DNA of 64,000 nt from Planctomycetota bacterium. GTDB taxonomy: Bacteria; Planctomycetota; GCA-002687715; CAIWVZ01. The stretch is taken from the NCBI GenBank assembly GCA_044222185.1, contig JBGANV010000008.1:192001-256000 (forward strand), given 5' to 3'. The position numbers and the translations under genes are program-made. The notes beneath the pieces were generated by a model. The model did no database searches and was not told the origin of the DNA. It saw only the letters and a list, made by a program, of their open reading frames with translations. Positions 8,703 to 18,300 of the stretch are shown in pieces (positions within the stretch are counted from its first letter, which is position 1; each line of letters begins with the position of its first letter).

Positions 8703-11648
8703 ATGGAAGTCACGACAGCGATTCGACTGACCGTTGCAGGCGTCGCCCTCGGTCTTTGCTGCGTTGCAACCCGCGCGCAGGCATCTCCCCCCGTCGAAGG
8801 CGACCGTCCGGGGACGACTTCGGCGGCTCGCATCATCCCGTTTCCAGGCCTGGGGTTGGACGTCACCCGCACGAAGACGGTCGACGCCCGATCGGGTGAG
8901 GTACGCGTCGTCTGGCGCGACCAGCTCGGGCGCGTGTGGCGATACGCGGACCTGGTCCAAGGTGAGCGCGACGCCCGCGCGGCCCAGCCCCGATTGAAGT
9001 TGCATGCCGATCTACGCGCGGAGATCGACCGCGACCCGCGCACCGTGCGGAACGTGATCGCCTGGCTCGCGTGCGACACGCAGCGGCTCGACGCGTACGC
9101 GGCGCAAGCCCACGCGACGAGCGATCCTCCGGACGGTGACGCCCGCATACTCGAAGCGATCGAGAAGCGCATCGAAGACGATCTCCGCGACGAGATGTCG
9201 CGCACGACGGCCCCGTTCGCCGCGCGCCTCGAGGCCGCGGGGCTCCGCGTCCGGAGCGTCGCCAGCACGGCCCCCGTCGTGTTCTTCGACGCGACGGGAC
9301 CGGCCGTCCTGTCCATCGCCGCCATGCCGGAGGTCGACGCCCTCTATCTCGAGACCGCTGCACGCGCCGACGCGGACGAGAGCTCGAACGCAACGCACCG
9401 GGTCGCGCGCGTGCACCGCCACGGAGTTCGCGGCGGCGCGCTCCGCGTTGCGGTTCTCGAAGACAACGGCATCTCGCAAGCCTGCCCGTACCTCACCGTC
9501 GATCAGTGGTCCGACCCGTTCAACATCGTGCCGGACCAACACGTCCATGCGACGGCGGGCTGCCTCGCGTCGCGCCTTCCGCAACGGATCGGCGTGGCGC
9601 CGGACGTGACGCTCTTCTGCGCGAACGCCGCGAGCTACTCGGACTCGGACCTGGCGGTGGCCAACGGATGGGCCGTCACGTACGGCGCCCAGGTCATCAA
9701 CATGTCGTTCGCCGGAACCAACCCCACGGGGACGCTGAACTACCTCGACCGGTACTTCGACTTCCAAGCGCGCTACGCCAACGACTCCTACGTCGCCGCC
9801 GCGGGGAACGACGGCATCGGCCACCATGTGAGCTGGCCCGGTTGGAACGTCATCTCCGTGGGCAGCCATTCGGACGGCAACACGGCCGACTGGTCCGACG
9901 ACGCCATGAGTTCGTTCTCCAACACGGGTGACAGCGCCACCGGGTGTCGCAAGCCGACTCTCGTCGCCGTGGGGAGCGACGTCGACACTCTCGGACTCGG
10001 ACCCACGTGGCTGGCCGACGGACTCAACGGGACGAGTTTCTCCGCGCCGGCGTGCTCGGGAACCATGGCCGATGCCCTGATGGTGAATGGCTGGCTCGCC
10101 GCGTATTCGCCGGCGGCGCTGGCGCTGGTGATGGCGACCGCGTGGCACAACGTCGAAGGTGTCGGTCGGTACTCGGACCTGGATGGGGCCGGCGGAATGA
10201 ACACGTTCGCGGCCTATCGTTGCGCCGCCACCAACTCGATCGCCTACGGGCAGCTCACGGCTGCGAACTTCAACAGCCCGGCGGCGACCTACATCCGCAA
10301 CATCATGCTTCGTGGCGGCGACAAGACGCGCATCGCGATCGCGTGGTACTCCGACGGGGACTCGAGCTACACGACGACGGCACTCCAGACCGACCTGGAC
10401 CTTCGCGTGTTCGCCGGCCAGAACCAGTCCGCTGGCGTCGCCCTCGCCTCGTCGTCCTCCTTCGACGACAACTTCGAGATCGTCGAGTTCACGCCGCCCG
10501 TGACGGGCTGGTACTCGGTGAACATCAGCGCACCCACGCTCCTCGCCGGCCACGAGGTCTACGGCCTCGCCTACTCGCAAAAGACGCGCGACACGTCGTC
10601 GTTCACGCTCCGTGCGCGAACGGTCGAGAACTCGCCGCTTGCGGGTCCGACGGTCGGCAACGGCTCCTACTTCATGGATTTCCAGGCCCCGGGAAGCCCG
10701 TCGGCCAGCTGGTTCTCCGTCCCCAGCGGAACCCTCGGCGACGGCTTTCCGATCTCGCCCGAGACCTGGTGCCCCGTGGCATTCGACGGTGTGACGTCGG
10801 TGTTCTTCAACCAGATCGGCATCCCCGGCGGAATTTGGAGCGGATACTCGGGCACGCTCGACGCCGCGGGCGTGGGAACGACCAACCAGGTCTCGATCCC
10901 GGCGATCCCGGGAATCGCGGGGCTGACGATCTACCACGTGGGTTTCACGCTGGCGCCAGGCTCGCCGGACGGGATCAAGGAGATCTCCGAGGTACACGCC
11001 GCCAAGCTGTGGCCCGCAGGCGTCGACCACCCGCTGGCGGACGACGGATCGTTCCAGCAGGTGCTTCCCTTCCCGTTCCGGTTCTTCGGTGTGAACTACA
11101 CCTCCGTCTTCGTGAACGCCAACGGCAACCTCACGTTTGGCGTCGCGGACGCGAGCGCGTCACAGAGCCCGGCTGCGCTCCTCGCCGGCCGGCCGCGAAT
11201 CGCGGCGCTCTGGCGCGACCTCGATCCGTCGACTGCAGGCGCGGAAGGTGCGCCGGCCATTCGCGTGCGCGTCGTCGCACCCGCCGATCCCGAGGTCGTC
11301 ATCGAGTGGACGTCGGTGCCCCGCTTCGGCGTCACGGATGCGAACACCTTCCGGGTGACGCTGCGACCCGACAACTCGATCAAGATCGAGTACCTCGACT
11401 GCGGAGCGACGGACGGCATCGTGGGTGTGGCGCCGGGGTACGGGATTGCGGCGACGGCGCCCATCGACCTGACGCTCCACGGAAACGGCACCTGGTACGC
11501 GGGGCCGAACGAGGCGTATTTCGAGTCGTTCACCGCCGCGAACCCATTGGACCTCGCCAGCACGAACGGCTACTGGAACGAGATCCGCTTCGTCCCCTAC
11601 GACGCCCTCGCCAACAACTACCACGTGTACTTGGACGTGACCCGGTGA
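8703..11648 (+). CDS. Secreted S8 (subtilisin-like) serine protease with an internal conserved beta domain and a C-terminal nidogen-like domain
   Basis: AGGAG RBS, signal peptide, VAVLED, HATAG, AAAGND, NGTSFSAP and TDLDL. The C-terminal region has LPFPFRFFGVNYTSVFVNANGNLTF and IAALWRDLDP. Confidence 0.88.
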   Translation: MEVTTAIRLTVAGVALGLCCVATRAQASPPVEGDRPGTTSAARIIPFPGLGLDVTRTKTVDARSGEVRVVWRDQLGRVWRYADLVQGERDARAAQPRLKLHADLRAEIDRDPRTVRNVIAWLACDTQRLDAYAAQAHATSDPPDGDARILEAIEKRIEDDLRDEMSRTTAPFAARLEAAGLRVRSVASTAPVVFFDATGPAVLSIAAMPEVDALYLETAARADADESSNATHRVARVHRHGVRGGALRVAVLEDNGISQACPYLTVDQWSDPFNIVPDQHVHATAGCLASRLPQRIGVAPDVTLFCANAASYSDSDLAVANGWAVTYGAQVINMSFAGTNPTGTLNYLDRYFDFQARYANDSYVAAAGNDGIGHHVSWPGWNVISVGSHSDGNTADWSDDAMSSFSNTGDSATGCRKPTLVAVGSDVDTLGLGPTWLADGLNGTSFSAPACSGTMADALMVNGWLAAYSPAALALVMATAWHNVEGVGRYSDLDGAGGMNTFAAYRCAATNSIAYGQLTAANFNSPAATYIRNIMLRGGDKTRIAIAWYSDGDSSYTTTALQTDLDLRVFAGQNQSAGVALASSSSFDDNFEIVEFTPPVTGWYSVNISAPTLLAGHEVYGLAYSQKTRDTSSFTLRARTVENSPLAGPTVGNGSYFMDFQAPGSPSASWFSVPSGTLGDGFPISPETWCPVAFDGVTSVFFNQIGIPGGIWSGYSGTLDAAGVGTTNQVSIPAIPGIAGLTIYHVGFTLAPGSPDGIKEISEVHAAKLWPAGVDHPLADDGSFQQVLPFPFRFFGVNYTSVFVNANGNLTFGVADASASQSPAALLAGRPRIAALWRDLDPSTAGAEGAPAIRVRVVAPADPEVVIEWTSVPRFGVTDANTFRVTLRPDNSIKIEYLDCGATDGIVGVAPGYGIAATAPIDLTLHGNGTWYAGPNEAYFESFTAANPLDLASTNGYWNEIRFVPYDALANNYHVYLDVTR

Positions 11649-11701
11649 GTCGCGTGCCCGGCTGAAGCAGCCATCGAACGGACGAGGAGTAGACTCCGGC
11701 C

Positions 11702-14254
11702 ATGGAACGCGGCGAAACGTCACACGAGCCACGAATCGGCGGAGCCTCGCCTCCTCCCGGCGAGGAGGCGGTTCTCGCCGAGTTCCTCGACGTCTACGCG
11801 ACGGACGCCGCGCGCGGCGCGACGCGTACGCTCGAGGAGTACCAGGGCATGTTCCGCGGCTTCGAGGACGCCGTGGCGCGCAGCTTCGAACGACTCCGCG
11901 CGCCGTCGGCGGAACGGCACGAGGAGCCGGAGCGGATCGGCCGCTTCCGCCTGCTGTCCGAGCTGGGCCGCGGAGGCCAAGGCGTCGTCTACCTCGCGGA
12001 GGACGAGCGTCTCGGCCGGCGCGTGGCGCTCAAGGTCATTCGCGGGATCGGCGCGTTCCGCCCCGAAGTCCTCGCGCGGTTCGAGCGCGAGGCCGCGATC
12101 GCGTCGCGTCTGGACCACCCGGGGATCTGCACGGTGCACGAGGCCGGCCAGTCCGGGTCGACCGCGTGGATCGCCATGCGGTACGTGCCCGGGACGACGC
12201 TCGCATCGGTTCTGCGTTCCCAGGCCGGCCGCCCGGACGCCGGGCGGATCGACGCGTTCACAGAGATCGTCGAACGTGCTGCACGCGCACTCCATGCGGC
12301 ACACGAAGCTGGAATCATCCATCGCGACATCAAACCGGCGAACGTCATGCTCGCGCCCGACGGCGCGCCCGTGCTTCTCGACTTCGGCGTCGCACACGAG
12401 TTGCGCGAGGACGCCCACGAGGGGCTGACCGTGACTGGAGACCTGCTCGGAACGCCGGCCTACCTGTCGCCCGAGCAGATCGACCCGGCGCGCGGCCCCA
12501 TCGACCGCCGGTCGGACGTGTGGGCGCTCGGCGTCACGTTGTTCGAGGCGACGACAGGCGCTCGGCCGTTCGACTCCCCGACGCGCGATGGAATGGTGCG
12601 AGCGATCCTCGATCGGGAGATTCCCGATCCCAGGCGCGTGAACCCGGCAATCTCGCGGGATCTTCGCGCCGTGCTCGCGACCGCGATCGAGAAAGATCCG
12701 CGGCGCCGGTACGCGACGGCGGCCGATCTCGCCGACGACCTCGCGCGGTTGCGCGCGCGGCAGCCCGTGCGGGCGCGACCCGCGGGCGTGCTCGTCCGGA
12801 CGCGGCGCTTCTGCCAGCGCGAGCCGCTGGTCGCATGGAGCCTCGCCGTGGCGTTCGTCGGGTTGGCAGTAGGGCTCGTCATCGCGCTGGGTTCGCTCGC
12901 GAACGCGCAGCGGCAGCGTGATGCGACGGAGACTGCGCTGCGCGCCTACGACCAGTTGGCGGACGTCGTCGTCGTCGCCGATCTGCTCGCGACCGTGGAC
13001 GATCTCTGGCCACGGCGCCCGGAGAAGCTCGTCGCCATCCGGGAATGGGTCGCCTCGGCGCGCGAGGTCCTCGCTCGCCGCGAGATGCATCGGCAGGCAT
13101 TGTCCCTGCTCGGTGCTCGCCGCGACGGCGATGCCGTTGACGCACGCGTGCGGTGGCGCCGCTCGATCCTCGAAACGTTGATGTCCGATCTGGGGCGCCT
13201 GGAGACGGCGGTTGCCGACGTGGCGAAGAGGGAGGCGATCGCGTCCGACGTCGTCCGTCGCACCATCACCGAGCACGAAGCGCGATGGCGCGAGTGCATC
13301 GACCAGCTCGGCGGCGATCCCCGGTTCGCTCACGTCCATCTGGAGCCACGGCCCGGATTGATTCCGCTTGGTCGCAACCAGGACTCGGGGAACTGGGAAT
13401 TCTGGCTCGCGGAGAGCGGTGATGCGCCAGCCGTCAACACGTCGGATTCCGTGAAGCGCGCGGTCGTCGGCGACGCGACGGGGCTCGTCTTCGTCCTCCT
13501 TCCCGGTGGATCGTTCACCATGGGCGCACAGGCCGTGGATCCGGACGCACCGACGTTCGACCCCGCCGCCCGATCGGACGAAGCGGTCGCGACCGTGATG
13601 CTCGATCCATTCTTCATCTCGAAGTTCGAGATGACGCAGGGACAGTGGCTCACGATCGCGGGCACGAACCCCTCGACCTACTCGCCGGAGCGCGTGCTCT
13701 ACGGCGCACCGGCCACGCTCGCTCACCCGGTCGAACAGGTGGACTTCAACACCGCGCGGAAGGTCCTCCGCAGGCTCGACCTCGACCTCCCGACGGAAGC
13801 ACAGTGGGAATACGCCTGCCGCGCGGGCACGAACACGGCCTGGTCGACGGGCCACGACGTCCATGCGCTCGCGGGCGCGGCGAACCTGGCCGACTCGGCG
13901 TTCAAGCGTGCGCAATCAGGCGATCCCGCCACGGGCGTGGAGCTCTGGTTGGATGACCGATATCCATGTCACGCGCCGGTCGGCACGTTCGCGCCCAATC
14001 CGCTCGGCCTTCACGACATGCACGGCAACGTCCTCGAGTGGTGTCTCGACGCGTACGTTCCGGCGCCGCACGCACCGAGGCCCGGCGACGGTCTTCGAGA
14101 GGCCGGCGAGGGTCCCACGGGTGTTGCTCGCGGCGGCAGTTTCTACACCGACGCCGCCGTCGCACGGTCCGCGGCCCGGTTCGCGCCGCGCCGGTCGAAT
14201 GCCGCGATCTATCTGGGAGTCCGGCCCGTCATGGCGGCTCGCCTCACGCGCTGA
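11702..14254 (+). CDS. Ser/Thr protein kinase - TM - FGE-sulfatase fusion
   Basis: LGRGGQGVVY, VALK, HRDIKPANV, DFG, GTPAYLSPEQ, DVWALG, a TM helix, then LPTEAQWEYACRAG, LHDMHGNVLEW and RGGSF. Confidence 0.95.
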   Translation: MERGETSHEPRIGGASPPPGEEAVLAEFLDVYATDAARGATRTLEEYQGMFRGFEDAVARSFERLRAPSAERHEEPERIGRFRLLSELGRGGQGVVYLAEDERLGRRVALKVIRGIGAFRPEVLARFEREAAIASRLDHPGICTVHEAGQSGSTAWIAMRYVPGTTLASVLRSQAGRPDAGRIDAFTEIVERAARALHAAHEAGIIHRDIKPANVMLAPDGAPVLLDFGVAHELREDAHEGLTVTGDLLGTPAYLSPEQIDPARGPIDRRSDVWALGVTLFEATTGARPFDSPTRDGMVRAILDREIPDPRRVNPAISRDLRAVLATAIEKDPRRRYATAADLADDLARLRARQPVRARPAGVLVRTRRFCQREPLVAWSLAVAFVGLAVGLVIALGSLANAQRQRDATETALRAYDQLADVVVVADLLATVDDLWPRRPEKLVAIREWVASAREVLARREMHRQALSLLGARRDGDAVDARVRWRRSILETLMSDLGRLETAVADVAKREAIASDVVRRTITEHEARWRECIDQLGGDPRFAHVHLEPRPGLIPLGRNQDSGNWEFWLAESGDAPAVNTSDSVKRAVVGDATGLVFVLLPGGSFTMGAQAVDPDAPTFDPAARSDEAVATVMLDPFFISKFEMTQGQWLTIAGTNPSTYSPERVLYGAPATLAHPVEQVDFNTARKVLRRLDLDLPTEAQWEYACRAGTNTAWSTGHDVHALAGAANLADSAFKRAQSGDPATGVELWLDDRYPCHAPVGTFAPNPLGLHDMHGNVLEWCLDAYVPAPHAPRPGDGLREAGEGPTGVARGGSFYTDAAVARSAARFAPRRSNAAIYLGVRPVMAARLTR

Positions 14255-14278
14255 CGCAGGAAGCGCGCCCCGGCTTCG

Positions 14279-14953
14279 TCACGCGTCCGACAGCTCGTCG
14301 ATGAACGACGGCGGCAGACAGTCGCGCAGCTCCGCGAGGGCGCGCGCGTACCGCATGCGCAGGGTGCCTTCATCGACGCCGAGCTTGCTCGCGGCGACGG
14401 CGTAGGGCATCTCTTCGATGGCCCGCAGGATGAGGATCTCGCGATGAGCCGGGGTGAGCGCCAGCAGCATCGCGTCGATCCGACCGACGGACTCGCGCCG
14501 CATGCACTGCGTGACGACGCCAGCGACATCGGCCGTGATCTCGCGGCTGTCGCCCCTCTCCTCCGCGTTCGAACCTCCCAATTCCACCACGCCCGGTTTC
14601 CCAGCCACGTGCTTCTCGATGAGGTGCTGATAGCTGCGCAGGAGTATGGTTCCGAGGAAGCGGAGCAGCACCGGCGTGAAGCGGCCCTCGCGCGCGACGA
14701 TGTTGCCGAGCTTCGGCAACGCGGCCGCCCACACCTTCTGCACGAGGTCTTCGGGGTCGTAGAGACCCTGCAGATGTCGGCTCAGTCGGTATCGTGCCTG
14801 CGTCATGAGGAGCGGCGTGAAGTGTTCGACGATCCACTCGAGACTGACGCGCTCGCCCTCGATCGCACGCCGGACGTGCAGGCTCGTCACGTCGGAACCA
14901 CTCACGGGCGGTCGGTTCCGCGTTCGGTCGGAATCGGGAGGAACTGTGGGCAT
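14279..14953 (-). CDS. ECF sigma-70 factor (kinase-associated type)
   Basis: DPEDLVQ and HREILILR...LRMRYARALAELR. Shares QARYR, R[DE]GR[YF]TPVLxRFL and LPxSxxD motifs with 1929..2591. Confidence 0.9.
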   Translation of the reverse strand: MPTVPPDSDRTRNRPPVSGSDVTSLHVRRAIEGERVSLEWIVEHFTPLLMTQARYRLSRHLQGLYDPEDLVQKVWAAALPKLGNIVAREGRFTPVLLRFLGTILLRSYQHLIEKHVAGKPGVVELGGSNAEERGDSREITADVAGVVTQCMRRESVGRIDAMLLALTPAHREILILRAIEEMPYAVAASKLGVDEGTLRMRYARALAELRDCLPPSFIDELSDA

Positions 14954-14987
14954 CGCGCATCAGCCTACTCTGACGGATCGGTCGGAT

Positions 14988-15110
14988 TGGCAGTGGCTGC
15001 ACAAGTTCCGCGAAGCGATCCACCGCCGCGACCACGCACCCCTGACGGGGGACGTCGAGATCGACGAGGCGTACGTGGGCGGGCCCGAGCCGGGCGTTCA
15101 AGGGCGCGAC
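14988..15110 (+). mobile_element. IS1595-family (ISXO2-like) transposase remnant
   Basis: Translates as WQWLHKFREAIHRRDHAPLTGDVEIDEAYVGGPEPGVQGR, the W..LHK.R...L.G.VEIDE.YVGG signature of IS1595 transposases. No start codon, zinc ribbon or remaining DDE domain. Confidence 0.85.
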
Positions 15111-15118
15111 CTCCGTGA

Positions 15119-15286
15119 GAACAAGTGTACTTCAGCTTCGGTCCGGTGCCCTCATACCTGATTGGGTCCACGCTCTACGTGCAGGCCGTCGCACTCCACA
15201 ACTCACTCCCCGGAGGCGTGGGGCTCAGCACGCACGGAAACCCCGCGCTGCCGACACCGGCCCGCCGGCTCGACTTCGTGCCCTAG
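15119..15286 (+). pseudogene. 3' remnant of a gene ending in the conserved C-terminal domain
   Basis: The frame after TGA 15116-15118 reads EQVYFSFGPVPSYLIGSTLYVQAVALHNSLPGGVGLSTHGNPALPTPARRLDFVP-TAG, matching the PxxLxGxxhxhQAh motif. Not in the ORF track. Confidence 0.6.
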
Positions 15287-15411
15287 GCAGAACCGGTCGG
15301 CGATGCCGTCAGCGGCTGTCACCGGCACGACGCCAGAAAAAGCCTGTCCGGACTGCACGGCGCTCGCCAAGTGACGGAATCGGCGATTCCTCGGACACAG
15401 GAGCTAAGCAC

Positions 15412-17979
15412 ATGCGATCGACGAGCGGCCTTGTGGCTTGCGTTGCAGCCATCCTCACCATCCTGACTGACGGCATCGCAGGCGCTCAAACGCCGCGGCT
15501 ACAGGAGGTTGAAGCTGAGTTTCCCAGCGGCATCCACCCGTTCTGGAACGGGTTCACGGACATCGACGGCGACGGGGACATGGACTGCATCGCCGCGTCG
15601 TTGTTCCCCCCGACTTCCGGCGTTTGGCTGAACGACGGATCAGGGCGGTTCTCCCCTGGCCCCTTGTTCGGGGGTCATGTCGCGACGGTCATCGCCACGG
15701 GAGATCTCGACGGCGACGGACTCCCCGAAGTGGCGTTCGATATCCTCGCGAACGTCTACGTCAGCAAATTTCTCGGAGCATCGTTCGCCCCTGTCGTGAC
15801 GACACTTCCATCCCAGACCGGCACGGTTCCGAAAGCCATTTCGATCGTCGACGTCGACAACGACGGCCGCGCCGACATCGTTGCGAGCTTTGGCCCGTCC
15901 CCCACGGCCCCTGCCGTACCGACGAACCCCCAGGTCGTCTTTCACAACAATGGCAATCTCCAATTCACTGTGACCCCAGGCGCAATCCACCCTTCCATGG
16001 GCCCGCACACGCTCGTCGGGCCCGCAAACCTGAACAACGACAATTTCCCCGATCTGGTCTATGTTTCAGTCGCGAACGGTCCGCCCAGCCGAACGATTTA
16101 TTGGCTGGCCAACAACGGAGCCGGCGTTTTTCAGTCTGTCACGGGCGGCATCTCCACGGGTGCATACTTCGGTGACGAAGTCCTCCCGATGGGTGACTTC
16201 AACGGCGACGGCCTCACGGACATCGCCACAGCGGTCGGGAGCACCACGACGTCAACCGTCGTTCAACTTCGTTCGCTCACTCCGACGACATCGACATTGA
16301 TCGCCACACTGACGTGGAGCAACGGCGGGTACCCACGAGGCGTCATCGACGTCGACGGGAACGGCGTCGACGAAATCGTCCAGGGCTTCAGTGCGACGGC
16401 CCCCGGCTGCCGCATCTTCGACGTCAGCACAGGCTCCGTCGTCACCACGATGGCTGATCTGAATGCCTTCTCTGTTGCCGACTTGGACGGAGACGGTCTT
16501 CGTGACGTGCTCGCCTACAGATACTTCGACGACGCGACGTGGCGTGTGTTGATCAACCGTGGCAATGGTCAGTTCGCAGACCTCGCGAATGGGAAGACGA
16601 GCAGGCTCCCACCTCTGATCAGGCCCGGGCCTGGCAACCCGATCAGCCTGTATGACGCCGAGGGTGATGGCGACATGGACGTCATCCAAGTCCTCGGCGC
16701 GCCGTACCTCGCGACCACTGCAGCGACGCTTCTGATCGGCCGGAACGATGGAGCCGGCAACTTCACCGTCATTTCGCCACTGCCGTCCGTCACGTCTCCG
16801 CAGAATCTATACCCCGGGATGAAGCCGGGCGACTTCAACGGGGACGGACTCGTGGACATGGGGATCATTCGGACATCGTCACCCACGACTGTGATATGGC
16901 AGTCGAACTTCGCAGGCGCCTTTACGCTCGTACCCGCATCGACCGTCGCGTCGAACCCTGCCGCTCAAGCCGTCGCAGACTTCAACAACGACGGCCTCTC
17001 CGACTTCGCAATCCTCGAGACCGCCTCGCCGCCCTTTCTCAAGATCCTGACGAACGCCGGTGGAGGGGTGTTCGTGCCGGCCAGTTACACGTCGCCCTCG
17101 ATCACGAACGCCGGCGCGGATGCCGTGCTGACGGCAGATTTCAACGGCGATGGGTTCCACGATGTCCTCGTCAGCACCTACGGTGGCTCCGGTACCCGTC
17201 AGGTCGTCATCTTCGTGAACAATGCAGGGACGGGGTTCACGCCGACGGCCACGCTCGCTCCTCCCTCGTACGGGGCCTACTATTCGGTGGCCATCGGAGA
17301 TGTCGACGGAGACGGAGACTTGGACGTCCGTGTCCTCGACAACATCTATCTGAACAACGGGCAAGCGTCGTTCGTTGCTGGTCCGACGATCACCTTCAGC
17401 ACGCAGTCGATCCCGGATTGGCAACTCGCCGATCTGAACGGTGACGGGCTGGCCGACATCTACTCTCGTCGCGTCTGGCACCCGGCGACTGGAGGTGGGA
17501 CTTTCGGATCGAGTCAGCCGATTCGCCCCGCGGCCGGATTCGGGTACCAGGGTTCCCAGACCGACATCTTCCTGGCGGCCGACCTCGACCGCGACGGCGA
17601 CGTCGATCTGGTCGCCTCCGAAACCGGAGCGGTGATCACCAACATGTCGCGTCATCTTGGACGAGGGGCGATGCCGCGGCTCGGCCGTACCGCGACGCTC
17701 GAGCTTGCGGGTCCGCCGTCCACAGCCTGGCAGCTCTTCGCCGCCGCATCCTTGCTGCCGGCGCCGGTGACGGTCGCACCGTGGGGCGCAGTGGGCATCG
17801 ACCTCGCATCCGTGATCGCGGTGATTCCGGGCTCGTTCGACGCATCGGGCCATGCGACGGTCTACGTGCCCGTCCCGCAGAACCCGTCCCTGATCGGGAT
17901 TGCCGTTCATTGGCAGGCAGCGATCCCGTCGATCCAACGTGTCACACCTCGCGAGACGACGAGCGTGCTTCCGTTCTGA
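15412..17979 (+). CDS. Secreted FG-GAP/VCBS repeat beta-propeller protein with the conserved C-terminal domain
   Basis: AGGAG RBS, signal peptide, many D[FLV][ND]GDGxxD repeats with NxGxG tails, ending NPSLIGIAVHWQAAIP...TSVLPF. Confidence 0.9.
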   Translation: MRSTSGLVACVAAILTILTDGIAGAQTPRLQEVEAEFPSGIHPFWNGFTDIDGDGDMDCIAASLFPPTSGVWLNDGSGRFSPGPLFGGHVATVIATGDLDGDGLPEVAFDILANVYVSKFLGASFAPVVTTLPSQTGTVPKAISIVDVDNDGRADIVASFGPSPTAPAVPTNPQVVFHNNGNLQFTVTPGAIHPSMGPHTLVGPANLNNDNFPDLVYVSVANGPPSRTIYWLANNGAGVFQSVTGGISTGAYFGDEVLPMGDFNGDGLTDIATAVGSTTTSTVVQLRSLTPTTSTLIATLTWSNGGYPRGVIDVDGNGVDEIVQGFSATAPGCRIFDVSTGSVVTTMADLNAFSVADLDGDGLRDVLAYRYFDDATWRVLINRGNGQFADLANGKTSRLPPLIRPGPGNPISLYDAEGDGDMDVIQVLGAPYLATTAATLLIGRNDGAGNFTVISPLPSVTSPQNLYPGMKPGDFNGDGLVDMGIIRTSSPTTVIWQSNFAGAFTLVPASTVASNPAAQAVADFNNDGLSDFAILETASPPFLKILTNAGGGVFVPASYTSPSITNAGADAVLTADFNGDGFHDVLVSTYGGSGTRQVVIFVNNAGTGFTPTATLAPPSYGAYYSVAIGDVDGDGDLDVRVLDNIYLNNGQASFVAGPTITFSTQSIPDWQLADLNGDGLADIYSRRVWHPATGGGTFGSSQPIRPAAGFGYQGSQTDIFLAADLDRDGDVDLVASETGAVITNMSRHLGRGAMPRLGRTATLELAGPPSTAWQLFAAASLLPAPVTVAPWGAVGIDLASVIAVIPGSFDASGHATVYVPVPQNPSLIGIAVHWQAAIPSIQRVTPRETTSVLPF

Positions 17980-18300
17980 TCGTCGGTCCGCCCTGCGAAG
18001 CCAGGGTGGACGGCTTCACGACCTGAGTGACCCGTGCGGCGCATCGGGTTCGATGAAACGACGCGACCGCACGAGTCCGCGCTCCGGACGTGCCGGCTCC
18101 CCGCCAGAGAAACCCCCATGCTCCCCATGAGCACAGGTCATGCACGCTTGGAGCGAGGACTCCTGCGGTCGCCTCGCTGTCGAATCAATCGCACCAGCCC
18201 AGCACCAGCACCCCCATCGAGAACCGATCGAAGGAGAACCCGCGCGCCGGCCGCGTGAACCACGAACTCGCTGCCTGGTCGGCCAGGATCGGCAGCGGAT

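Noticed and set aside
1-14254. FGE/C-type-lectin-fold domains as diversity-generating retroelement targets
   Set aside because: No reverse transcriptase and no near-identical template repeat differing at adenines; the two domains are ordinary diverged paralogs.
8625-15378. Shared GTGACGGA octamer upstream of the S8 (8625) and FG-GAP (15371) genes as a common ECF -35 element
   Set aside because: The downstream -10 candidates differ, and an 8-mer match is unremarkable at this GC content.
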